64,000 nt of DNA from Eledone cirrhosa (taxonomy: Eukaryota): positions 77,562,001 to 77,626,000 of the forward strand of contig OZ024743.1 in the NCBI GenBank assembly GCA_964016885.1, in the 5' to 3' direction. The position numbers and the translations under genes are program-made. Below the pieces are notes generated by a model. The model was not told the origin of the DNA. It was given only the letters and a program-made list of their open reading frames with translations, and ran no database searches. Positions 1 through 9,647 of this stretch are shown piece by piece; within the stretch, counting starts at the first letter, position 1, and the number at the start of each line of letters is the position of its first letter.

Positions 1-247
1 CAAAGTATATTGCAAACTACCAGTGTGAGTAAGGCCGTTAGAATGACCCACACATGAACTGGCCACTAGAAAAAGCGGGAAATATTACAGACTCGTTGAA
101 GGCTATTCTGCTAAAAAATAGCAGTAAGCAGCAACGAAATTTTTCTCAACGAGTCTATAATATTTCCAGCTTTTTCTAGTGGCCAGTTCATGTGTGGGTC
201 ATTCTAACGGCCTTACTCACACTAGCTGGTAGTTGGCAATATATTTG
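1..247. repeat. Long inverted repeat (~100-bp arms, ~46-bp spacer), left arm cut by window edge; probable PLE pseudo-LTR inversion
   Basis: 11-99 is the near-perfect reverse complement of 146-238 (e.g. gtgtgagtaaggccgttagaatgacccacacatgaactggccactagaaaaagc / gctttttctagtggccagttcatgtgtgggtcattctaacggccttactcacac); a hammerhead lies 35 nt downstream. Confidence 0.9.
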
Positions 248-282
248 CAGGCTGTGGGACTAGTTCTTACTGTATGGAAATA

Positions 283-362
283 GCTATCTGATGAACTTTA
301 CATTTCCGTTAGAAATTCTCCGGATCTCTAACCTTTTGTAAAGCGAAACCGCCGGTAATAGC
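283..362 (+). ncRNA. Type I hammerhead ribozyme (PLE-associated)
   Basis: Stem I GCUAU(283-287)/AUAGC(358-362); CUGAUGA 288-294; stem II CUUUACA/UGUAAAG extended by GUUAGA/UCUAAC (A.C mismatch at 10.1-11.1); GAAA 345-348; stem III CC-gcc-GG; GUA cleavage triplet 355-357. Confidence 0.8.
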
Positions 363-614
363 ATTATGAACGGGTAAATATTTAAATCATTTTTTAAATT
401 TTTTAAAGGAATTGTTTAATCTTTGTTTGCTCTGCTCTTCTTAATTTTTATAGTTTTGGTATCTCGAATTAGTACCATTGAACACCAATTATATTATAAA
501 TACACTATATATCTCTATGGGTACTTAGTACTCAGAGAGATATTTACCTCATTATATATATATATATATATAGTTATAATAAATGTGAAGACTAAAATTC
601 GTAACGATATATGA

Positions 615-656
615 TAAGGGCGAAAGCAGCGATTCTTTGCTTAAACTTTAACCTGT
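615..656 (+). repeat. Truncated copy (hammerhead 3' half only) of the repeat found inverted at 1637, 22430 etc.
   Basis: taagggcgaaagcagcgattctttgcttaaacttt is the reverse complement of aaagtttaagcaaagaatcgctgctttcaccctta, with one difference. Confidence 0.75.
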
Positions 657-687
657 ACTTGTGATGACACACATATATATATATATC

Positions 688-935
688 ACCTTGATCACCT
701 TGACCGACCAGTCTGTCGGGCGCCAATCGGCGCAGCTGGTTACAGCACGTAGTGCTGTTTTAGCCATAAGATAACGCCATCCCACTTCTGGGCGGGCAGG
801 CCAGTACTCATTTCTACAGCTGAGTAAACTGGAGCAACGTGAAATAAACTGGAAACAACACATCACCCGGTCCGAGAATTGAACCCACAACCTTTCGATT
901 GCAAGCCCAATGCTCTAACCACTAAGCCATGCGCC
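688..935 (-). mobile_element. tRNA-derived SINE
   Basis: Minus strand begins ggcgcatggcttagtggttagagc (A box)...ggttcaattc (B box), followed by a central cagctgtagaaatgagtac domain; 3' boundary approximate. Confidence 0.8.

Positions 936-937
<2 letters not shown>

Positions 938-1001
<64 letters not shown>
938..1001. repeat. (CA)n microsatellite
   Basis: Direct reading. Confidence 0.95.
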
Positions 1002-1010
<9 letters not shown>

Positions 1011-1029
1011 GTATATATATATATGTATA

Positions 1030-1151
1030 TATATAGAAATTACATGAATCAAAGTTCAGTTTAAATCATTTATTTGCTTACAATTGTTTCCTCCAAATTG
1101 TAAGCAAATAAATGATTTAAACTGAACTTTGATTCATGTAATTTCTATATA
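1030..1151. repeat. Perfect palindrome, 56-bp arms, 10-nt loop
   Basis: 1030-1085 is the reverse complement of 1096-1151; loop gtttcctcca. Confidence 0.95.
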
Positions 1152-1309
1152 ACTGCCCTGTAAAACAACTGATGCTATTACATTGAGTTATTTATCTTAC
1201 TGGTAATAAGATAGTAATGAATTACTGTCTTTCACTATTTAGGGTTTAAAATATATATAACTATATAAGGTTTTATTATATACATAACCATAAATAGTAT
1301 CCTTAATAC

Positions 1310-1388
<79 letters not shown>

Positions 1389-1393
<5 letters not shown>

Positions 1394-1504
1394 AACAAGT
1401 AAGACCCCGACGGCTGAGCTCAAGCCGTTTCGACGGCTAATTCTGGACAGAATTAGCCGTCGAAACGGCTTGAGCTCAGCCGTCGGGGTCTTACTTGTTC
1501 CTAT
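1389..1504. repeat. Perfect palindrome, 57-bp arms, 2-nt loop, containing a hammerhead 3' half
   Basis: 1389-1445 is the reverse complement of 1448-1504; the arm carries GAAAC-GGCU...AGCC-GUC but no CUGANGA. Confidence 0.95.
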
Positions 1505-1580
1505 TACCCACTCTACTACCCTAAGTATTGAGTACTTTGGTGCGTTATGGTCCACCTGGTTCCTTACCACATTTCCTTCG

Positions 1581-1616
<36 letters not shown>

Positions 1617-1636
1617 TTATTAAAATAACAGATTAA

Positions 1637-1687
1637 AGTTTAAGCAAAGAATCGCTGCTTTCACCCTTAACGGGATTTTCTGAAACT
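1637..1687 (-). ncRNA. Hammerhead-like fold, degenerate core CAGAAAA (dispersed relative of the array copies)
   Basis: AGUUU-CAGAAAA-UCCC-GUUAA-GGGU-GAAA-GCA-[9 nt]-UGC-UU-AAACU; sits in a ~430-bp repeat (1622-2050) with an internal duplication. Confidence 0.4.
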
Positions 1688-2456
1688 AACAAAGTCAATC
1701 TGCGAACGCAGAAGTGAATATTTCAAAAAACGTTGCAACCGGAGGAAGACAGGAAGACGATACTTTGGTTTGTGGAAACGTTCCCTGGCAAAGAACGGGA
1801 AAAAACGAATATAATACGTCATTATTTGGAACGGTGAAAAACAATTGCACGCAAAGACAAGACCACGTTTATGGCATAAAAGAAGTCGTAGACTAATATT
1901 CTCTTAGGTGATTCATAGAGACGTTCTCTGGCAATGAACGGAAAAAACGAAGATAATACGTCATATGTGGAGAGAGGAGAACAATTGCACGCAAAGACAA
2001 AACCACGTAAATGGTATAGCAGAAGTCGTAGACTAAAATTCTAACTAGGAAACCGAATGATACTCGGCTTCAGAGTTAAGAATAAAGTAAATAAAATACA
2101 GAGGTAATTGAAATTAAATAAATACATACACGCAACCATATACCTACATACACAAGCATACGCGAAAAACTCGCCATAGGTACACAAATACACGCACATA
2201 TAAATATGTGTGTGTATGTGCGCGTGTATACAAATAATTAAATAAACGTATATAAATAGATAAATACGTATATATTTGCTGTACGGTTCTTATATATTTG
2301 ATATATATTTATCCTTATCGAGCCCTCTTTGGATTTTAGTCTTCAAATTTATTATTACTATATATATATATAAGTTTATCCCGGGTTCAATCGGGGGTAA
2401 CCACAGTAAGTAAGGTACTCAATACAAAGCAGAGTATAAATATTTAATATAGAAAG

Positions 2457-2505
2457 ACTTCTACAGGACTAGAACTGTTTCATTCGGGAGAAATCATCAG
2501 GCAAT
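2457..2505 (-). ncRNA. Minimal type I hammerhead (imperfect stem I)
   Basis: Minus strand: AUUGC-CUGAUGA-uUUC-uccc-GAAu-GAAA-CAG-uucuaguc-CUG-UA-GAAGU; abuts a (TA)-centred palindrome at ~2500-2548. Confidence 0.6.
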
Positions 2506-2606
2506 ATTATAACAATATATATATATATATATTGTTATAATATTGCCAGAAATATATATATATATTTCATTTCATACATGCACACATTTCATACATGCAC
2601 ACATTT

Positions 2607-2746
2607 CATACATGCACACAGCCGTACTAAGAGTGAGAAATGAAATTTCGTTTCATTTTTTCCGTTTATATATATATATATATATAAACGGAAAAAATGA
2701 AACGAAATTTCATTTCTCACTCTTAGTACGGCTGTGTGCATGTATG
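2607..2746. repeat. Perfect palindrome centred on (TA)n
   Basis: catacatgcacacagccgtactaagagtgagaaatg...ccgttta(ta)n...aaacgg...ctcttagtacggctgtgtgcatgtatg; the same arm recurs at ~2818 and ~20120. Confidence 0.93.
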
Positions 2747-2986
2747 TATATATATACATACTACTGTACGTCTGTATACATATATGTATGTACGTATACA
2801 TACTTATATTTAAGTAACAGCCGTACTATGAGTGAGAAATGAAATTCCGTTTCATTTTTTCCGTTTATCGTTTTCGGTGCGCCCGGCCGATTAACTCACT
2901 CGATATGCAAATTAGGCTGCTCAGCCGTTAATATGCATAAGGAAAGTATATACTTTTAGACGTTCAACCATCTGGCAGGAAGGTAT

Positions 2987-3029
2987 ACGGTGCTGACGAT
3001 AGCTAATAAGCTTGAAACTAGTACATCGT
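2987..3029 (+). ncRNA. Minimal type I hammerhead with palindromic stem/loop III (dimer-type)
   Basis: ACGGUG(2987-2992)-CUGACGA-u-AGCU-aaua-AGCU-u-GAAA-C-ua-G-UA-CAUCGU(3024-3029); ACUAGU is palindromic. Confidence 0.82.
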
Positions 3030-3234
3030 TCCTTTGTCAGTGTTGAACAAAAGGGCAACGATGGTTGCTAAACACTGTACGGCTTAATTCGGGATGTTTG
3101 TTTACAAACACACTGAGCATTATAATAAATGTTCAGTAAATCCATACGTACATATATATATGTGTGCATGTATGTATATATATACATACTACTGTACGTC
3201 TGTATACATATATGTATGTACGTATACATGCTTA

Positions 3235-3294
<60 letters not shown>

Positions 3295-3617
3295 TATATA
3301 GAGATTACAATAATCAAAGTTCAGTTTTAAATAGTATCCTTAATACTATATATATTAATATGTGTAGAAGTAAACACAGTGAACCCGTGTCTAAAATTAC
3401 ACCACAAATGTTATATATCATTCAACCTGAATCATATGGCATTTTACAAGATTTCTCATATATACCATATTAATAACCATTTCATCTCCTGGACAGACTA
3501 AAGATTTAATCTGTTTCGCCCTGAATGAATCGTGTTTGTAACAAGTGATCCGTAGGCATTTCGTTAATGTTAATTGCAGGGTATCTATATGAGTTATTAA
3601 CTCTCTATATATATACA

Positions 3618-4214
3618 TGGTGGATGTGTGATAGTAATATACGCGAACGGCAAAGCATAAACGAATTGAGAGAGACTGAGCATAATAGGAATCAAATACT
3701 GTATGCAGGAGAGGAGGTTGCGTTGGTATGGACATGTGATGCTTATGAAGGATGACAGCTGCATAAAAAGGTGCAGATCACTAAAGGTCGATGGAAGCCG
3801 TGGAGTGGGGAGACCCAAGAAGACCTGGGATGAGGTGATAAAAGCTGACCTTACACAATTGCACCTCTCAAAGGCGATGACACAGAATCGTGACCTCTGG
3901 CGTCACGCAGTAATACAGAAGACCCCCCCCCCCACGGGTACAATCCGAAGCTGAAGCATATAGACAATATCCCCCCCCCCACTGCAAAGTGGTCGTGGAG
4001 GTGCCACGGCAAAAAGCACCCAGCACTCACTGTAAATGAGGTTGGTGTTAGGAAGGGCATCCAGCTGTAGAAATCAAGCCAAAATCAGTTTCCGTATGAG
4101 CAAGACAAGGTCAGCCGACCACACACTGCCCACAACAGGACAACCCGTGTAACCCATGCTAGCATGGAAGAATGGACGTAAAACGGTGATGATGATGATG
4201 ATGATGATGATGAT
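3618..4214 (+). mobile_element. RTE-clade LINE 3' fragment with (GAT)n tail
   Basis: ORF 3703-3954 contains RRLRWYGHV...GRPKKTWDEVIKADL...QNRDLWR (RTE C-terminus); 3'UTR ends cccatgctagcatggaag...(gat)n. Confidence 0.88.
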
Positions 4215-4410
4215 ATAGGTATTGAAGGTGCAAATTATTTGTGTCCGTAGGCGGTATGCCGAATGAGCACTCGATGCTTTGGGGGAACAGAGTATCAATA
4301 ATATAAGGGAATAAAGAATCAATGTTGCATCATACACATATTTAATTACATAAGAGATAATTAACAATGAAACATATGTAATATCTGATTAAATATGTAT
4401 ATGATGCAAC

Positions 4411-5075
4411 AGGTACCGCGCCATTTTTAACAGGCACAATTAAATTGTCCTACTCCACACAAACCTGGGACAAAATATAGAAACCTTAAACCGTAGTAGA
4501 TTAAAAAACATCCGCGACTCCCGGGGAGTCAGCAACCAGGAGGAGGCGCACAACACAAATACTTCTCCCTCCGATAGTAACACTATGGACCGGGAGCGAC
4601 CACGGCATCATACAGCACGATCCGGTAATCCAGGCAGCAACACTTCTCCGAATTGTAATTGTAGAAGCCCCAGTAACTGCCCCCTGGAAGGCAGTAGCTT
4701 AGTTTATGAATGTAGGGTAATACCAATAACCAAACCTTCGCCTATATCGGAGCTACGGCTAATGCCTTTAATGAACGCTGCTATAACCACTGCCACACCT
4801 TTAGAGGAGTGGATAATAAAAGCAGCACCACCCTCTCCGAACTGGTGTGGCGGTTCAAGCATGACAACATGGGATACAACTTGTCGTTGTCCAAGGTGGC
4901 CTCAGCCCAACCCTACAGGGGAGGTGGACATGACTCATGCAATCTATGTGTCACCGACATTATGGAGATAATCGAGAGGGGAACACAAGTTATCAATAAA
5001 AGGAGTAATCTGTTCAGCACCTGCCACCACAAATCAACTGGAACCTTCCTCAGACTGTATGGATTAACAGCATAG
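4411..5075 (+). pseudogene. Penelope-like element remnant (RT thumb linker plus GIY-YIG endonuclease, Naiad-like)
   Basis: Frameshifted peptides AIFNRH..KLSYS, NCNCRSPSNCPLEG..LVYECRV, AYIGAT..FNER, STTLSELVW, CNLCV, NKRSNL..CHH. Confidence 0.85.
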
Positions 5076-5450
5076 TTGTACTGGTTGAGGTCCAGTACAA
5101 AGCTTGACCATGGGAGCCGGACGTGGCCACACACCGGCCCCAGCATCGGGTAAATCCTGGATAGCTTGTGTGTCCCCGCTCCGAATCACTCTACCACCAT
5201 TCTGTTATGCACGCATGGGATCTTATGAGGGTCTGTGTCTTATATCCCTTTGTTCCTTGTTCCTTGTTCTCCGTATGTATACCTGCTTTTGTATTAATGT
5301 ATAATCATTGTTCCGTTTGTTCCTATGTTCTCCATATATGTACCTGAATTGATATCTATGTTTTTCTGTTCTTATATTCGCTTCCTACAGCTCACTTCCA
5401 CAGTCTAGCAGCCCTTTTTGTCGGAGGTGGTTGTTACCGTTGTTATTATT

Positions 5451-5599
5451 AATTGTTTCTACTTTTGGCACAAGGCCAGCAATACCCAGTGCATTACTGA
5501 TACTTTATTTTATCGACCCAGTAAGGATGAAAGGCAAAGTTGACCTCGACGGGATTTGAACTCAGAATGGCAAGGGTCGTAACTCTATGTGTCAAAGCA
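5451..5599 (-). mobile_element. tRNA-derived SINE, 5'-truncated (same family as 13549-13734)
   Basis: ttttggcacaaggccagcaa...atcgaccc..aaggatgaaaggcaaagttgacctcg..gggatttgaactcag (B box on minus strand). Confidence 0.85.
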
Positions 5600-5604
5600 G
5601 ATAC

Positions 5605-6618
5605 TGGTCTTTGGTGGACCACGACGGGCGCATGCTACTCGATCCCAGGCAAATGTGTGAAGCTTTTCAGCGACACTTCGCTCAGCTGTTCGGTGTCTTC
5701 AGGCGTTCACAGCCCTCGACCAATCGGGCAATGTGATCGGTGGAAACTCCACCTTGGCGTTCTATAGGGGATTAGTGGAGGGGAAGAGCGACGACGTACT
5801 TGGAGAAACTCTAGGCGTCGACGAAAATCAACTAGCCAATCTCTACGGAAGAACTTTCGGGCCGGGGCCTATGGACAATTTCCAGAAATCCCTGGCCTGG
5901 CAGTGCTACCGAGGAGCTTTGCCAGTTCGGGATAAACTCTATAGGCATGGAAGTGCCGTCAGCCGAGCATGTCCGAGATGCGCGCAGGGCGACGAAACCG
6001 TCCTGCACGCACTCGTCCAGTGTCCGAACATTGCTGACTTGTGGGTTTATGTCGAACACCTGCTGTCGCATGTAGAACGGATCCGGCTATCAGCTGAGTC
6101 CATCGTGAGGATTGCCCCACCCTATTCCTTTAGCCGGGAAGGGCAGGCAGTTTTTATCTGTCTGGTGGCCATGGCTGAAGACGAGCACTTACCTCTTCGG
6201 TGATGCCCTGATTAACTTTTTCAAATTTCATTTGAAAAGGAAAATCAGGGTAGAGAGGGAAGTGCTCTCTTCCCAGCATTTTGTTGAAAGATGGGTGAGA
6301 GAAGCAAGTATGGCCCGAATGAATGGGCCTTCTCTGAGTATGTGCCTGTAAATTGAAGGTGGAAAACTGGGAGAGGACATTGCCTTGGTGGTCAGGGTCA
6401 CCGTGGATTTTTTTAATGGGCTTTCTCCACGATGGCCCTCGGAAGTCTCCCCTACTTGGGGAATTTTTCATTGTTCCTTTTTTGTTATACCTCTGTTTTT
6501 TTTTACACGCAGTTATGCCCATTTGTACCGTCCTGTATTGTCCTGTACTGTCCTTAATGTCTACTTTATGTAAACCCTTGTGGTTAATAAAAAAATCATT
6601 ATTATTATTATTATTATT
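5605..6618 (+). mobile_element. Tx1/L1-like LINE, truncated and internally deleted, (TTA)n tail
   Basis: 5605-5693 matches ~7005-7093, then jumps to sequence matching ~8606 onward; CPRC..ETVLHALVQC zinc finger; 3'UTR ends cccttgtggttaataaa...(tta)n. Confidence 0.88.
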
Positions 6619-9557
6619 GAATGCTATGGTTGACGGAGACTCGCAAGGCCTACAGAGACCGGATTAGCGAACTAGTTAAGCGGGAGTTGACGGGGGCTAT
6701 CGTCAACAACAAGTGGTGGTTTGCTCTGAAAAGAGCAATTAGAATAGAGTCCATTAGGTTTAGTAAGGCTTTAGCAATAGAGAAAAATAGAGCAGAGGGA
6801 GAACTAGTTAGAAAATTAGACGAGGCGCTTAGTAAAGACATCGCTACCGAGGTGCTTGCGGCGAAATTGGCCCTTGACCAATTCTTCAATGCAAAGCACG
6901 AAGGCTGCGTTGTCAGAGCTAGGGTGCGTGCTCTCAGACACGAGGGGACGAAGCCGTTCAATCGGCCCGAGTGGCGGAGACGCGTCGTGGAAAGAAAGCC
7001 ACGATCCGGTCTTTGGTGGACCACGACGGGCGCATGCTACTCGATCCCGGGCAAATGTGTGAAGCTTTTCAGCGACACTTCGCTCAGCTGTTCAGGGGCA
7101 GCGGTGGGCCGGGTCGAGGGATGGACTTTAGTGTCTAGCTCGACGGACTGCCGCGGCTCTCGGCCACTGAGGCGGAGTGTTGCGAAAAGCCGATAACAGC
7201 CGCTGAAGTACGGGAGGCAATGACTGGCTGCACAAGGGGTAAATCGCCTGGTTTGGATGGTCTGCCCTATGAACTTTACGTACAGATAACAGACTTGTTC
7301 GGAGGCCTCTTGGCGGACGTCTACTGCAACTGGCAACAGAACGGGAGAATTCCCAGCTCTGTGAGCCGAGGAGCGGTGGCACTGCTGAGAAAGGATCCGA
7401 ACAAGGGGGATAACATAGATAATTTCAGGCCCATAACTCTGCTAAACACAGAGTTCAAGATTTTGACCAAGGTGCTAGCAAAGAGGTTCTTGTCGTTGGT
7501 GGTCTGGTGGGAGAGGCGCAGACATGCGCCATTCCCGACAGATCCATCCACGACAACCTCCACCTCATGCGATACATCGTAGAGAGGGTAGCTAGGGAAC
7601 CTCGCACGGGTGGGTCTTTGATTAATTTAGATCAGTCGAAAGCCTTCGATAGGGTCGACCATCGTTACCTAGCGGCAGTCCTGAGGGCGGCTGGCTTTGG
7701 GCCCGTCTTCAGAGGCTGGATCGCTGCCATGCACAGCGACATCTGCTCTGTGGTGAGAGTGAACGGTCACCTTTCGGAACCGTTCAACATCATGCGTTCG
7801 GTCCGCCAAGGATGTCCCCTTTCGTCCCTCTTGTACGTATTGACTCTCGAGCCATTACTGCACAAACTGGAGACGTTGAGGGGGGGGGGGGGTCCCGCGC
7901 GAACTAGGATGCGGAAGATCCGTGTCAGCATATGCGGACGATGTCACCGTAGTGGTGTCGAACGCCAAACACATCGAGGCGATCGGCACTACACTAAGAG
8001 AATACGAAGCGGTGACAGGAGCAATGATCAACCAGGAAAAGTCAGTGGGCCTGTAGATCGGCACCTGGAGAGGCAGGTCCATGCCGTCCAACAGCGTCGT
8101 CGGGTGCTGGACGGACGGACCGGTTAAATTGCTAGGGATCTGGTTCGGTCCGGACCTCCAGACGGACAAAAACTGGGACGAGGTGACGAGCAGGGTGGTT
8201 TCTCTCACCCAGAAATGGGCCGAGAGGAAGCTATCCCTGAAAGGTCGAGCGGAGGTGGCTAACGCGTACATCGCGTCCGTCATCTACTACCGCCTGACCG
8301 TCGTACCTTGCCCTAAGCCCCGCCTGACTGCGCTTGAGCATTTGCTCTTTCGCTTTTTGTGGAAGGGACGCGCTCCGATGGTCAGGTGGTCCATCTGCTG
8401 TCAACACCCGCTACGTGGAGGGCTGGGCATGCCGTGGCTGATGATGCGCAGACACGCGCTCAGGCTACGACATCTCCACCTCTTCCTCGACGGTGATCAG
8501 GTGTGGTCGCCGTTTGCAAGACACGTTTTTCCCCAGCTCGTCTCCTTGACGGAACTGCAGTCCTGGGTCAAGCGAAGACCGAGAGGGAGCGCTTGGAGAC
8601 TGGAATGTCTTCAGGCGCTCACAGCCCTCGACCAATCGGGCAATGTGATCGGTGGAAACTCCACCTTGGCGTTCTATAGGGGATTAGTGGAGGGGAAGAG
8701 CGACGACGTACTTGGAGAAACTCTAGGCGTCGACGAAAATCAACTAGCCAATCTCTTCGGAAGGACTTTCGGGCCGGGGCCTATGGACAACTTCCAGAAA
8801 TCCCTGGCCTGGCAGTGCTACCGAGGAGCTTTGCCAGTTCGGGATAAACTCTACAGGCATGGAGGTGCCGTCAGCCGGGCATGTCCGAGATGCGCGCAGG
8901 GCGACGAAACCGTCCTGCACGCACTCGTCCAGTGTCCGAGCATTGCTGACTTGTGGGTTTATGTCGAACACCTGCTGTCACGTGTAGGACCTATCCAGCT
9001 ATCAGCTGAGTCCATCGTGAGGATTGCCCCGCCCCCTTCCTTTAGCCTGGAAGGGCAGGCAGTTTTTATCTGTCTGGCGGCCATGGCGAAAGAGATAGTA
9101 TGGTGGACACGTTTGAAAGGGCTGAAGACGAGCACCTACCTCTTCGGTGATGCCCTGATTAACTTTTTCAAATTTCATTTGAAAAGGAAAATCAGGGTAG
9201 AGAGGGAAGTGCTCTCTTCCCAGCATTTTGTTGAAAGATGGGTGAGAGAAGCAAGTATGGCCCGAATGAATGGGCCTTCTCTGAGTATGTGTCTGTAAAT
9301 TAAAGGCGGAAAACTGGGAGAGGGCACTTGCCCTGGTGGTCAGGGCCACTGTGGTCTTTTAATGGGCTTTCTCCACAAATGTCCCTTGGAAGTCTCCCCC
9401 CTATTGGGGAATTTTTCTTTGTTATTTTATTTCAACCTCTGTTTTTTTACACGCAGAAATGCCCATTTGTACCGTCCTGTATTGTCCTGTACTGTCCTTA
9501 ATGTCTACTTTATGTGAACCCTTGTGGTTAATAAAGAAAACATTATTATTATTATTA
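6619..9557 (+). mobile_element. Tx1/L1-like LINE ORF2, 5'-truncated and frameshifted, (TTA)n tail
   Basis: KSPGLDGLP, NFRPITLLN, DQSKAFDRV, VRQGCPLS, YADD (~7931), GGLG, C-terminal CCHC; frameshifts and an in-frame TAG (~8054); a further 3'-end stub follows at 9558-9640. Confidence 0.92.
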
Positions 9558-9595
9558 TGTCTACTTTATGTAAACCCTTGTGGTTAATAAAGAAA

Positions 9596-9639
<44 letters not shown>

Positions 9640-9647
9640 GTTGTTAT

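Noticed and set aside
860-935. tRNA gene
   Set aside because: A and B boxes present, but the acceptor stem is incomplete and it continues into a SINE body
423-3473. Short ORFs rich in YI/HT/CV repeats (also throughout the window)
   Set aside because: Translations of (TA)n, (CA)n and (TTA)n microsatellites; no domain signal
3486-3563. Minus-strand hammerhead remnant (GGGC-GAAA-CAGAUU...AGUCUG-UC)
   Set aside because: Good stem III and GUC, but no recognisable CUGANGA or adjacent stem I
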